Shown piece after piece: positions 1 to 9,124 of a DNA stretch of 32,000 nucleotides (position 1 is the first letter of the stretch; every line of letters starts with the position of its first letter). This stretch comes from Verrucomicrobiota bacterium (GTDB taxonomy: Bacteria > Verrucomicrobiota > Verrucomicrobiia > Opitutales > LL51): the NCBI GenBank assembly GCA_021294815.2, contig CP095464.1:360001-392000 (forward strand). The letters are read 5' to 3'. Under the pieces are notes generated by a model, which worked only from the letters and a program-made list of their open reading frames with translations, was not told where the DNA came from and ran no database searches. The position numbers and the translations under genes were made by a program.

Positions 1-471
1 CAAAAGTGTCGTCTTACCGGTTTTAGGTGGCGCAACAATCAGACCCCGTTGCCCATAACTGAGGGGCGCAAAAAGGTCAATGATCCGATGGCTTAGACGC
101 TCTTCCTCATTTTCTAAGCTCAGTACGTGATTCGGAATCAGTGATGCTCGATCTTCAAACCGGGGGAGATTTTGTCGCATCGATGGATTTAGTCCGTCGA
201 TCTGATCAATCGAAATTACCCGAGGACGCGCATTCGGATCGGTTGATTCGACGCGTTGCATCTTGCCATCAATCCACATCCCCCGACGTAAACGGTAACG
301 CACAAGAAGATCATGGCTCACAATCGGGTCTTCGCGCTGAACCTTGCCGAACGATTTTTCGCCGATAATGTTGCCGAAGCGACCGTTCGGTTCGATTTCC
401 AAAATACCCGCTACGGGGATTGGTTCACCGATGAGTTTCGGGGGCGCTGACCGTCTTACATCTTCCCTCAT
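1..471 (-). CDS. rho: Transcription termination factor Rho, N-terminal part (gene runs off the left edge of the window)
   Basis: Hand translation of the minus strand from the ATG at 469-471: MREDVRRSAPPKLIGEPIPVAGILEIEPNGRFGNII...RIIDLFAPLSYGQRGLIVAPPKTGKTTLL. It has a Rho-type RNA-binding segment followed by the Walker A motif. An in-frame stop lies 4 codons upstream of the ATG. It is absent from the ORF track because there is no stop inside the window. Confidence 0.85.
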   Translation of the reverse strand, partial: MREDVRRSAPPKLIGEPIPVAGILEIEPNGRFGNIIGEKSFGKVQREDPIVSHDLLVRYRLRRGMWIDGKMQRVESTDPNARPRVISIDQIDGLNPSMRQNLPRFEDRASLIPNHVLSLENEEERLSHRIIDLFAPLSYGQRGLIVAPPKTGKTTLL

Positions 472-509
472 TACAGACCATCACAGTCGTAGAATCCCCG
501 CCGTGCAAG

Positions 510-1301
510 CTAAAAATCGGCACAGAGTTTTCGAAGGTCGAGGATACTATGGCTAATTTTCCCTTTTAGCAACGCAGCCATATCGGTTCCCGGCTCAAAG
601 GAAATTTCCGGATGACTCGGCATCTGAAATCGACAAACACCCTGATCATCCGGTTGTTTATAAAGCGGACCGTAGATCGGGCATACAGAACCCCGCATGA
701 TATCACTCAAACGTGTATGCTCGACTTCCGTTTCTTCCGTCAAAGGATACGGGAAATTAATATTATGGACGACACATTCTTTGGATTTTACCGCCTCTTC
801 CGCAAAAACCAAAGTTCGCTCGGCTGCGATTGCGATGCTTTTCATCAGGCCCGCATGGGACAAGAAATCGAACTTTTTTTGTAAAAATTGCCCATCCTGA
901 TCCGGAAGGCTCTGCGAAACCGCAATAGATGAAATGCCCCAAGCAACACCTTCCAACGCCCCTCCAACGGTCCCCGAACTAAACACAACCGGAACAGAAA
1001 CATTCACGCCCCAATTGATCCCCGAAACAACGAGATCCGGTTGACGATCATGAATCAAATACGAAAGCGCGATATTAACACAATCTAAAGGTGTCCCCGA
1101 AATCATCCACGCGTCGCAATTAAGCTCTCGAAAAGACGTTACCTCAGGTGTCCGAGATAGCCCACAAGCACGACCGACACCACTCTGTTCCGTCGCCGGT
1201 GCCGCAATAAAAACTTCCCAACCGTGTCGCTGAAACGCCTGAGCTAGATGGTGTAGCGCCGCAGAATGAATGCTGTCGTCATTAGTTAAAAGAACTCGCA
1301 C
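510..1301 (-). CDS. surE: 5'/3'-nucleotidase SurE
   Basis: 263 aa ORF with the N-terminus MRVLLTNDDSIHS and GINWG/SGTVGGA motifs typical of the SurE family. Confidence 0.85.
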   Translation of the reverse strand: MRVLLTNDDSIHSAALHHLAQAFQRHGWEVFIAAPATEQSGVGRACGLSRTPEVTSFRELNCDAWMISGTPLDCVNIALSYLIHDRQPDLVVSGINWGVNVSVPVVFSSGTVGGALEGVAWGISSIAVSQSLPDQDGQFLQKKFDFLSHAGLMKSIAIAAERTLVFAEEAVKSKECVVHNINFPYPLTEETEVEHTRLSDIMRGSVCPIYGPLYKQPDDQGVCRFQMPSHPEISFEPGTDMAALLKGKISHSILDLRKLCADF

Positions 1302-1345
1302 AGCGGAACTGTATTACGGATGGGAAAAAACTCAAGCGAAGATCC

Positions 1346-3148
1346 CTAGGTCGACGATTTTAGGATTTTAATGAACGCATCCTGTGGAATCGAAACCTTA
1401 CCGATCTGTTTCATCTTTTTCTTCCCCTCCTTTTGCTTTTCCAACAGCTTACGTTTTCGCGTAATGTCACCACCGTAGCACTTCGCCGTAACATCTTTTC
1501 GGTATGCCCCCAGCGTTTCACGTGCAATAATCGTACTTCCAATCGCCGCCTGAATCGCGATCGCAAACATCTGTCGTGGGAGGATTTCCTTAAGCTTTTG
1601 GCAAAGTTCTCGCCCGCGCGTAACCGCTTTTTCTTTATGCACGATGAGTGAAAATGCATCAATTGCCTCGCCGTTGACTAAAAGGTCCATCTTCACGAGA
1701 TTCGAGGTTTGATAGCCCATCAGCTCATAGTCCATCGATCCATAGCCCTTCGTAATACTTTTTAGGCGATCATTAAAATCGACCAGCACCTCATTCAGCG
1801 GTAACTCACAGCATAACATCACACGATGTGCATCTACGGTATCGGTTCGCACACAAGTACCGCGTTTCTCTGCGACCAACATCAACATATCACCTATCGA
1901 TTCGTTAGGGATATGGATCATCGCACGGATCATCGGCTCCTGGATCGAAGCGATCGAGGACGGATCGGGCAAATGGAGAGGATTATCAACCACGAGCTCC
2001 TCTCCATCAGTCTTGTAGACGTGATACACAACGCTGGGATATGTGGAAATGACATCGAGGTTATACTCTCGTCGAATCCGTTCTTGGACAATCTCCATAT
2101 GGAGTAGCCCTAAAAATCCGCACCGGAAGCCAAAACCAAGCGCCATCGAGCTCTCCGACTGGTAAACGAGCGCTGCGTCATTGAGTTGTAGCCGCGCGAG
2201 CGCCGCCTTGAGTTTTTCATAATCCGAGGTATCAATCGGATACAGCCCACTGAAAACCATCGGGTGCACCTCTTTATACCCCGGGAGCATCTCCGCTGCA
2301 GGATCACTATAGTGCGTGATCGTATCGCCAATCTTAATCTCGGAAACATCCTTGATGTTTGTGACAATATAGCCGACTTGGCCCGCTGTAAGCGTTTTTG
2401 TCGATGTCATTTGCGGAGAAAAAATTCCAACGTCTTTCACCTGGACACGTTGCTGCGTCCCCATTAAGAGCATTTCGTCACCGATTTTAACCTCTCCGGA
2501 AAAAACACGGAGATAACAGATTACGCCCTGGTAAGTATCAAAGACAGAATCAAAAACAAGGCATCGAGTTTGCGGATAATCACTCCCACGCGGAGGAGGA
2601 ATTCGTGAGACAACGGCTTCTAAAATAGCATCAATCCCGAGACCGGACTTCGCACTCGCCATGAGCGCTTCTTCACGCGGAATCGCTAGAACGTCCTCGA
2701 GCTGGGTGAGGATAACATCCGGCTGTGCACTTTGAAGGTCGATTTTATTCAGGACGGGAATAATTACAAGTTCTTGTGCGATGGCTAGGTTTGCGTTGGC
2801 AACCGTTTGTGCTTCGATCCCTTGGGACGCATCAATTAATAATAGTGCTCCTTCGCAGGCTGCAATACTTCGGGAAACTTCGTAGGAAAAATCGACATGT
2901 CCCGGCGTATCGATGAGGTTGAGAAGAAATTCTCCGCCATTTGGGCTCTGGTAGCGCATGGTGACCGGATGACACTTGATGGTAATCCCGCGTTCACGCT
3001 CGAGATCCATCGAATCCAAGAGCTGATCCTGCATCTTGCGCTTTTGTACCGTATGGGTGGCTTCGAGGAGACGATCGGAGAGCGTCGTCTTCCCGTGATC
3101 GATGTGGGCAATGATACAAAAGTTCCGGATGTGGTTCAGCGCGCTCAT
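1346..3148 (-). CDS. lepA: Elongation factor 4 (LepA)
   Basis: 600 aa ORF. Motifs IRNFCIIAHIDHGKTTLSDRLL, DSMDLERERGITIK, LIDTPGHVDFSYEVSRS, NKIDL and the LepA-specific C-terminal domain (YGGDITRKRKLLEKQKEGKKKMK). Confidence 0.97.
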   Translation of the reverse strand: MSALNHIRNFCIIAHIDHGKTTLSDRLLEATHTVQKRKMQDQLLDSMDLERERGITIKCHPVTMRYQSPNGGEFLLNLIDTPGHVDFSYEVSRSIAACEGALLLIDASQGIEAQTVANANLAIAQELVIIPVLNKIDLQSAQPDVILTQLEDVLAIPREEALMASAKSGLGIDAILEAVVSRIPPPRGSDYPQTRCLVFDSVFDTYQGVICYLRVFSGEVKIGDEMLLMGTQQRVQVKDVGIFSPQMTSTKTLTAGQVGYIVTNIKDVSEIKIGDTITHYSDPAAEMLPGYKEVHPMVFSGLYPIDTSDYEKLKAALARLQLNDAALVYQSESSMALGFGFRCGFLGLLHMEIVQERIRREYNLDVISTYPSVVYHVYKTDGEELVVDNPLHLPDPSSIASIQEPMIRAMIHIPNESIGDMLMLVAEKRGTCVRTDTVDAHRVMLCCELPLNEVLVDFNDRLKSITKGYGSMDYELMGYQTSNLVKMDLLVNGEAIDAFSLIVHKEKAVTRGRELCQKLKEILPRQMFAIAIQAAIGSTIIARETLGAYRKDVTAKCYGGDITRKRKLLEKQKEGKKKMKQIGKVSIPQDAFIKILKSST

Positions 3149-3196
3149 CGCGTTGAACAGTACAATGCCGGCCGTATTTGCAATGTCAAAGCAGTT

Positions 3197-4552
3197 TTAC
3201 GCCCGATGAGTACGTTTCATAAATTCCTCGATGAATTTCGTCGTCACATTGCCGGCACGAAAATCGTTGTCGGACATAATCTGTTTACAAAACGGAATCG
3301 TTGTCGAAACACCGCGGATAATGTATTCTCCGAGAGCACGTCCCATGCGGTTAATAGCAAGTTCGCGAGTCGAACCGGTCGCGATTAATTTGCCGATCAT
3401 GCTGTCGTAATATTGCGGAATGCGGTAGCCGCCGTAGACATGGCTATCGACACGGATTCCATTGCCGCCTGGGGCATAGTAGAGCGAGACTTCGCCGGGA
3501 CAGGGTGCGAAATTCCGGTCGGGATCTTCGGCATTGATGCGACACTCGATCGCGTGCTTAATAAATTTAACGTGTTTTTGTTCGAAGGGAATTTTTTCGC
3601 CGGCGGCAATCCGGAGCTGGAGGTCGATTAGGTCGAGACCGAGCGCTTCTTCAGTCACCCCGTGCTCGACTTGGATCCGTGTATTCATCTCCATGAAGTA
3701 GAAATTTCCGCGTTTATCGACGAGGAACTCGACCGTTCCCGCGTTTTCATAGCCGCATTGTTTTGCGAGGCGAACGGCGGCATCCCCCATTTTGTGGCGT
3801 AGGCTGTCGTCTAAGAATCCGGATGGGGCTTCTTCAATGACTTTTTGGTAGCGGCGCTGAATCGAGCAATCGCGCTCTCCGAGGTGGAGTACTTTTCCGG
3901 AGCGATCGGCTATGACTTGGACTTCGATGTGTCGGGGATCTTCGACGTATTTTTCAATATAAACTGCACCGTTGCCAAAGTTTTTCTCGGCCTCTGCACG
4001 TGCAATGTTAAATTCTTTGCTGAAGGAAACCGAATTAAAGACGAGACGCATTCCTTTTCCACCACCGCCAGCAACTGCTTTGATGATGATGGGGAAGCCT
4101 ATTTCTTCGGCCACTTTGAGGCCCTCTTTTTCGTCATTCACGGTACCTTCGCTGCCAGGGACTACCGGGACTTTTGCCCGTTTGGCCATTTCTTTCGCGA
4201 TGGACTTGTTGCCCATCTGACGGATTACTTCCGGGCTGGGACCGATAAAGTTAATCTTACAGTCGCGACATTGTTCGGCAAACAGTGGATTCTCGGATAA
4301 AAATCCGTAGCCGGGATGAATCGCGTCAACATTACCGACTTCGGCAGCACTAAAAATACGGTCCGCACGGAGATAGCTCTCGGGTGCCGGTGCGCTACCG
4401 ATACAAATCGCTTCATCCGCTAATTGGACGTGGAGGGACTGCTCATCCGCTTCGGAATAGACGGCAAGCGTCTTAATCCCGAGCTCTCGACAGGTCCGAA
4501 TCACCCGTAGCGCAATTTCTCCTCGATTGGCGATGAGGATTTTTTCGAACAT
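3197..4552 (-). CDS. accC: Acetyl-CoA carboxylase, biotin carboxylase subunit
   Basis: 451 aa [47 protein letters not shown] and [14 protein letters not shown] are all classic AccC motifs. It lies directly downstream of accB. Confidence 0.97.
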   Translation of the reverse strand: MFEKILIANRGEIALRVIRTCRELGIKTLAVYSEADEQSLHVQLADEAICIGSAPAPESYLRADRIFSAAEVGNVDAIHPGYGFLSENPLFAEQCRDCKINFIGPSPEVIRQMGNKSIAKEMAKRAKVPVVPGSEGTVNDEKEGLKVAEEIGFPIIIKAVAGGGGKGMRLVFNSVSFSKEFNIARAEAEKNFGNGAVYIEKYVEDPRHIEVQVIADRSGKVLHLGERDCSIQRRYQKVIEEAPSGFLDDSLRHKMGDAAVRLAKQCGYENAGTVEFLVDKRGNFYFMEMNTRIQVEHGVTEEALGLDLIDLQLRIAAGEKIPFEQKHVKFIKHAIECRINAEDPDRNFAPCPGEVSLYYAPGGNGIRVDSHVYGGYRIPQYYDSMIGKLIATGSTRELAINRMGRALGEYIIRGVSTTIPFCKQIMSDNDFRAGNVTTKFIEEFMKRTHRA

Positions 4553-5002
4553 CTAGACCTCCACGCGGAAGAGCGGTTGACCAAATTCGACCGCTTGCCC
4601 ATTTTTAACGAGAATCTCGCGAATGGTACCGGAGACATCGGATTGGATCTCGTTCATCACCTTCATGGCCTCGAGGATACACACTGGTGTATCGACATCG
4701 ACATGGCTACCGACCTGTACAAAAGGTTCACTTTCCGGCGAAGGGGCGCTATAGAACGTCCCCACCATGGGCGATTTAATGATATGGTAGTTATCGCACG
4801 AAACCGGGCTAACGGGTGGTTCGGAAGTCGTTCCGGTAAGCTGAGGCTGGAAATTAAAGGCAGCGGGCGGTGGCATCACCGGAGCTGCGGTTGGGATATT
4901 TTTACGTAAAACGATACGGGTATTACCGTCCGCGATCTCGATTTCTGCGAGACTCGAACGTTCCATAATCGCGATAAGATCTTCTATATCTTTCTTTTCC
5001 AA
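4553..5002 (-). CDS. accB: Acetyl-CoA carboxylase biotin carboxyl carrier protein
   Basis: C-terminal biotinyl domain with [12 protein letters not shown] (biotin attachment on the K of the AMKV sequence, the usual AMKM position) and a Pro/Ala linker. The ORF track starts at the ATG at 5068. I prefer the TTG at 5002, which is preceded by GGAGG plus a 7-nt spacer and gives the usual (M)[10 protein letters not shown]-terminus. The start is uncertain. Confidence 0.88.
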   Translation of the reverse strand: MEKKDIEDLIAIMERSSLAEIEIADGNTRIVLRKNIPTAAPVMPPPAAFNFQPQLTGTTSEPPVSPVSCDNYHIIKSPMVGTFYSAPSPESEPFVQVGSHVDVDTPVCILEAMKVMNEIQSDVSGTIREILVKNGQAVEFGQPLFRVEV

Positions 5003-5153
5003 AATACTGCCTCCGCTCGAAACGACTTGACTTGGAACATTTTCTAAACACCTCCACGCTATCTTCAATCTAAAACGGCACAGAACTGTTTTAAAAATGC
5101 AGCCCGTGGTTTACGGGTCCTTACTGTACATGTCAAGCTAAAATTAAAAAAAG

Positions 5154-6356
5154 ATGAAAATTCACCACCAAACGCTTTTATACGACAGTTTCCGGTATTT
5201 TTTTCAGGGGGCGCTAGACATTGAATTTCGCACGACGATTTTACTGATTGCGATTAAGGTTTTCGACATGCCGATGCGCTACAAAGCGACGTTGATGTCG
5301 GTCGGCTATTTGAGTATGTTATTCACGCCGGTTTCGTTACAGTTGATGAACCGATCACGCTGGAATCCGATGCAATTTTCAGCGTTTTATTTTTTCGTCA
5401 TTGCGATTACACTGGGGATTACCGTTGGCCTTCAGAACTGCCTCTTATTTTGTATGCTTACATCGATTGCGCGCATTTGCTACAAACAGCAGATTCCGTT
5501 GATGATCGGTGTTTATCGCAACAATTACACCGAAACGCAACGGGGATTTTGCGTTGGCATCGCATTTGCTTGCTTAGCGATTGGGGGGATTCTTTTTGCC
5601 CACTGGTCTAAAAACGTTTTAGCGGAAAACCCAAACCACTTTGAACCCATTTTACTACTCTCCGCGGTCTTTTCGACTCTCTGTGCCTTGTGTTTTTTAA
5701 AGATCCCGGCACAGAAAATTTTTTACCCGCAAAAACCATCCTTATGGGCAAACTTTTTACTCCTGAAACGCGATATACTATTTAGTAAGATTCTTTTTTT
5801 CTGGACGTTGATTGCCGTTGCTACGCAGATGACGATGCCGTTACGCGTCGAATACCTTGCCAGCCACCGCCAAGGCCTCGATCTTTCTGCAGCCCATGTT
5901 TTAGCGATTCTAGCCGTTACGCAAACCGTTGCACGCGTTTTAAGCGCCCCACTCTGGGGAAAATTTTACGACCACGTCCACTTCGTGACGATGCGACAAT
6001 GCGTCACGCTCTGCTTTACGATCGGCATTCCCCTCTTCTTTCTAACAGATGACCTACGCATCATCCAACTCGCAAACATTTTAATCGGCATCGGTCATGG
6101 CGGTGGCGGCATTATTTGGAGTCTCTGGGTTGCCAATATTGCCCCCAAAGACCAAGTCAGCGACTACATGAGCGCCGATACAGCGATCGTCGGCCTACGT
6201 GATGGTCTTGCGATTTGGTTCGGTTATATTCTCCTCGAACACACAACTTCCTATGGAATTGTCAGCATTGTTGCGCTTGGGTTATTACTCTATTCGCTCT
6301 GGGGCTTTTGGCACTTAAGGAGTGCGATCCAAATGCGTACACAAAGTGTTGCCTAA
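5154..6356 (+). CDS. Multi-pass membrane transporter, MFS-like
   Basis: 400 aa ORF, hydrophobic throughout with about 10-12 predicted helices and basic loops between helices. No specific substrate family was recognised. Confidence 0.55.
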   Translation: MKIHHQTLLYDSFRYFFQGALDIEFRTTILLIAIKVFDMPMRYKATLMSVGYLSMLFTPVSLQLMNRSRWNPMQFSAFYFFVIAITLGITVGLQNCLLFCMLTSIARICYKQQIPLMIGVYRNNYTETQRGFCVGIAFACLAIGGILFAHWSKNVLAENPNHFEPILLLSAVFSTLCALCFLKIPAQKIFYPQKPSLWANFLLLKRDILFSKILFFWTLIAVATQMTMPLRVEYLASHRQGLDLSAAHVLAILAVTQTVARVLSAPLWGKFYDHVHFVTMRQCVTLCFTIGIPLFFLTDDLRIIQLANILIGIGHGGGGIIWSLWVANIAPKDQVSDYMSADTAIVGLRDGLAIWFGYILLEHTTSYGIVSIVALGLLLYSLWGFWHLRSAIQMRTQSVA

Positions 6357-7618
6357 TCGCCTTCGTATTTTTTGACGATTAACACCGAATTTGTCCCCAA
6401 CATCCCAAAGGAATTGTTCAAAATCACCCGAACGTTTCCAACTTGCTTGGGCTCGTTAATGACGAGATTCGGCAATTCACACCGTGGATCCAAGTGCTCA
6501 ATATTAATCGTTGGATGCACATAACCATCCTCAAAAGCCGGCAGGTTACCGGCGAGTTCCAGCGCTCCAGCAGCTCCCATCGCATGTCCAATAAAGCTCT
6601 TAGTATTATTAATATACGTCGTCGGACTTTCCCCAAACACCTTCCGAATCGCATCACACTCAATCGCGTCCCCCATCGGTGTCGACGTCGCATGCGTATT
6701 GACGATATCAACATCCTCAGGCGTAAGCCCGGCACGCTCCAGCGCCAATCGGATACACTGTTCCTGACGTTCGGCATTCGGTAAAACAGCATCGGTCGCA
6801 TCGGTATTCATCGCATACCCAGCGATTTCCCCATAAATTTTCGCTCCACGGCGACGTGCATCACTCAGACGCTCCAGCGTAAAGAGACATCCCCCTTCGC
6901 TCACCACGAGTCCGTTGCGCGCACGATCAAACGGCCGACTAACGCGATTAGGATCATCTCCATGCCCAAGCGCCCCCTGGCTCCGGAATCCCGCAAAAAT
7001 CCCAAATGACCGGATACTTTCGCTAATCCCACCAGCAAGTGCTAGATCGACTTCCCCTAAACGTAGCATTTGGACGGCCTGGATGATACCCGCATTTCCG
7101 GCCGCACACGCCGCACCGATGGTATAGTGAGGTCCGGTAATGTTCAGCTTGAGGTTAATTTCACCGGCGGGATTGTTAGCCACCGTCCGCGGGTTATGGT
7201 GATGCGCCCAATACTTAACGTCATAGTTATACTGCGAAAGCGCATAAACTTCGTTTTCGGTTTCGACATTGCCGTGCTCGGTGATCCCTACATACACGCC
7301 GAGACGCGCGGTATCCCGTTCTGCGAGATCGATTCCGGCATCTTGGAATGCCTCCTGTGCGCAAAAAATACCGATTGAACCGGCCCGGGTACAATTTCTC
7401 AGATCCTTTTTTCGCTGATACTGCAATGGGTCAAAGTCGCACACACCGGCTGGCACAGCGCCCATATACCGCAGATCGATCATTTGAATTTTTGCGACAC
7501 CGCTCAGCAGGCAATGCCGAAAATCGCGAAGGCCATTTGCATTTGGCGCCGTCAAACCAACCCCCGTCATCACAATATGCTCTAGAGCCACGCAATGATG
7601 TTGAACATTTGCCTCCAA
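6353..7618 (-). CDS. fabF: Beta-ketoacyl-ACP synthase (KAS I/II family, FabF-like)
   Basis: 421 aa ORF. Active-site context GPHYTIGAACAAG, then NTHATSTPMGD and SFIGHAMGAAG (the Cys-His-His triad context of condensing enzymes). Confidence 0.85.
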   Translation of the reverse strand: MEANVQHHCVALEHIVMTGVGLTAPNANGLRDFRHCLLSGVAKIQMIDLRYMGAVPAGVCDFDPLQYQRKKDLRNCTRAGSIGIFCAQEAFQDAGIDLAERDTARLGVYVGITEHGNVETENEVYALSQYNYDVKYWAHHHNPRTVANNPAGEINLKLNITGPHYTIGAACAAGNAGIIQAVQMLRLGEVDLALAGGISESIRSFGIFAGFRSQGALGHGDDPNRVSRPFDRARNGLVVSEGGCLFTLERLSDARRRGAKIYGEIAGYAMNTDATDAVLPNAERQEQCIRLALERAGLTPEDVDIVNTHATSTPMGDAIECDAIRKVFGESPTTYINNTKSFIGHAMGAAGALELAGNLPAFEDGYVHPTINIEHLDPRCELPNLVINEPKQVGNVRVILNNSFGMLGTNSVLIVKKYEGD

Positions 7619-7778
7619 AAGAGAAGCGGAAAAGGTTAAATTATAGGGATGACACGGCGGTAGAAAGTAATCTCTAACAAAACCGTTTCAGAAAGCCGCA
7701 GATATCAGACCGCTCATGCAGCACATCACTTCACCTTGCTTATCCTCAATAAGCATGACTGAGACAGACTTTTACAGA

Positions 7779-8480
7779 TCAATCATGATTAGACTGGTCC
7801 CACCCCGTAGCTGCCTCCGCCATATTTCTAAAACCGACCTCTTGGTCCAAAGTCACTTTGTTCCCGAATGGGTCGTACGTATTTTTTCCACGGGTATTAC
7901 CCTGGGTTTTAACACCCGCTTTTGTCACGCCTTCGTCTACGCTATCATTGACAGCGCTATTGCCAGATGTACTTCCCTCGTTACCCTTAAGAGGATCTTT
8001 ATGCTTAGGATTCTCTGGCTTTTTGCTATACCCCCCAACTTGCCAGGATATTTTATTGCCATCTGTCCTACCGGAAAAGTCTACATTCTTTCCAATCTTA
8101 CTCAAGAAGGCCTCAAACTTTTTCCAACGACCTAGGTGCGTGCGAGCCGTAAAGAAATTTCCACTTCGCTTATGCTTAAACATATCTATTACTTTTTGCT
8201 CAGCCGGAGTTGCGCTCCTATTTCCGACAGGTTTTATAGTTATATTACGTCCAAAGATTCTATCGAACAGCGCGAATTTTCCCTTGGTTCTCACTACCTC
8301 AAATTCGAGCTCCTGCTGTTGACCGAATTTGCCCGTTACGGTTATCTTTAAAATATCGTTTCCTTTTTCCCCGATTTTGTTCCCATTTCCCCCCCCTATT
8401 TTACTGGATTCTGCTCTAAACTCTTTGCCGCTTATCCCATTGAATGCCGCATTAAACTGAGTCGCACTCGGTATACTCAT
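7779..8480 (-). CDS. Hypothetical protein, Gly/Lys/Asn-rich, no signal peptide. Candidate secreted protein.
   Basis: Longest ORF in this AT-richer stretch (233 aa). The N-terminus MSIPSATQFNAAFNGISGK is hydrophilic. An internal segment (LKITVTGKFGQQQELEFEVVRTKGKFALFDRIFGRNITIKP) weakly resembles a module repeated in the 793 aa protein at 9125. Confidence 0.5.
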   Translation of the reverse strand: MSIPSATQFNAAFNGISGKEFRAESSKIGGGNGNKIGEKGNDILKITVTGKFGQQQELEFEVVRTKGKFALFDRIFGRNITIKPVGNRSATPAEQKVIDMFKHKRSGNFFTARTHLGRWKKFEAFLSKIGKNVDFSGRTDGNKISWQVGGYSKKPENPKHKDPLKGNEGSTSGNSAVNDSVDEGVTKAGVKTQGNTRGKNTYDPFGNKVTLDQEVGFRNMAEAATGWDQSNHD

Positions 8481-8493
8481 AGCGCCCGGATGA

Positions 8494-8523
8494 TGTCAAT
8501 TTTTACTCATTTGTCAATTTTTA
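8494..8523. repeat. Tandem direct repeat, 2 x TGTCAATTTTTA with an 18-nt period
   Basis: Exact 12-mers at 8494-8505 and 8512-8523, located 14-43 nt upstream of the start of the minus-strand 233 aa gene. On that strand each copy reads TAAAAATTGACA and so contains a consensus -35 hexamer. Confidence 0.6.
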
Positions 8524-8631
8524 TGCCTCCACCCTAACATTGACCTCAGAACAAGTACTAAAGGCGAGGAAAAACAGCAACCCGCGCGAAAAACACCCCA
8601 TCAGTCATATTTCTACAAAAATGCCCCTGGG

Positions 8632-8704
8632 TGGAGCCGATCGGTCTCGAACCGACGACCTCCACAATGCCATTGTGGCGCTCTACCAGCTGAGCTACGA
8701 CCCC
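8632..8704 (-). tRNA. tRNA-Ala (anticodon GGC)
   Basis: Hand-folded cloverleaf. Acceptor GGGGTCG/CGGCTCC with the G3:U70 alanine identity pair, D arm GCTC-AGCTGGTA-GAGC, anticodon arm CCACA-ATGGCAT-TGTGG, T arm GTCGG-TTCGAGA-CCGAT. CCA is not exactly encoded. Confidence 0.88.
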
Positions 8705-8708
8705 GTCC

Positions 8709-8785
8709 TGGCACGCCTCGCAGGATTCGAACTTGCAACCTTCTGATCCGTAGTCAGATGCTCTATCCAATTGAGCTAGAGGCGC
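8709..8785 (-). tRNA. tRNA-Arg (anticodon ACG)
   Basis: Hand-folded cloverleaf. Acceptor GCGCCTC/GAGGCGT, D arm GCTC-AATTGGATA-GAGC, anticodon arm TCTGA-CTACGGA-TCAGA, T loop TTCGAAT, encoded CCA. It lies 4 nt upstream of tRNA-Ala on the same strand. Confidence 0.88.
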
Positions 8786-9088
8786 CCAACACCCACAGTG
8801 TGTCACTCTAAATCCGCTTTTCAAGAAAAAATTCTTACCGAAACACGAACTGTAGCGCCCCCAAAAGCCATCGTGTTGCTTGGCAATGAAACCCCATTCG
8901 CATAGATTTTTCAGAAACGTCGCAACTCCAAATCGATGCTTTCGCTATATCATAGGGGGACTTTTACCGTCTACCGCTCTGGCGAGGGCCATTTACCGAG
9001 AAGATGACCTGCAGGTGCAATTCCTAAAAGTTGATACCCTTCCGTTTTCTAAATGAAACAAGGGAACTGCCATCAAAAGATTCCACGC

Positions 9089-9116
9089 TTGATAAAAAGT
9101 AAATAAACTGCAAAAT
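9089..9116 (+). promoter_or_regulatory. Sigma70-like promoter boxes for the 793 aa gene (TTGATA, 16 nt, CAAAAT)
   Basis: -35 at 9089-9094 and -10 at 9111-9116. Only 8 nt (agtaactc, no SD) separate the -10 from the ATG at 9125. Confidence 0.3.
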
Positions 9117-9124
9117 AGTAACTC

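Noticed and set aside
141-556. Plus-strand ORFs of 75 aa and 70 aa at the left edge
   Set aside because: They lie antisense to a clearly recognisable Rho coding sequence on the minus strand. They have low-complexity, Arg/Ser-rich compositions typical of shadow ORFs.
1411-4909. Many 60-160 aa ORFs overlapping lepA, accC and accB in other frames or on the other strand (for example 2897-3388+, 3845-4300+, 4577-4909+)
   Set aside because: All are nested within strongly supported conserved genes and have no motifs of their own. They are shadow ORFs.
7716-8351. Plus-strand ORFs (139, 154 and 71 aa) opposite the 233 aa gene
   Set aside because: They are fragmented across frames, whereas the minus strand carries one continuous 233 aa frame with a sensible N-terminus and similarity to a module of the neighbouring 793 aa protein. 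The strand choice still carries only moderate confidence.
8540-8824. ORFs 8540-8746(+) and 8558-8824(-) in the intergenic region
   Set aside because: They are fully explained by the tandem tRNA-Arg and tRNA-Ala genes. Their peptide sequences are translations of tRNA cloverleaf sequence.
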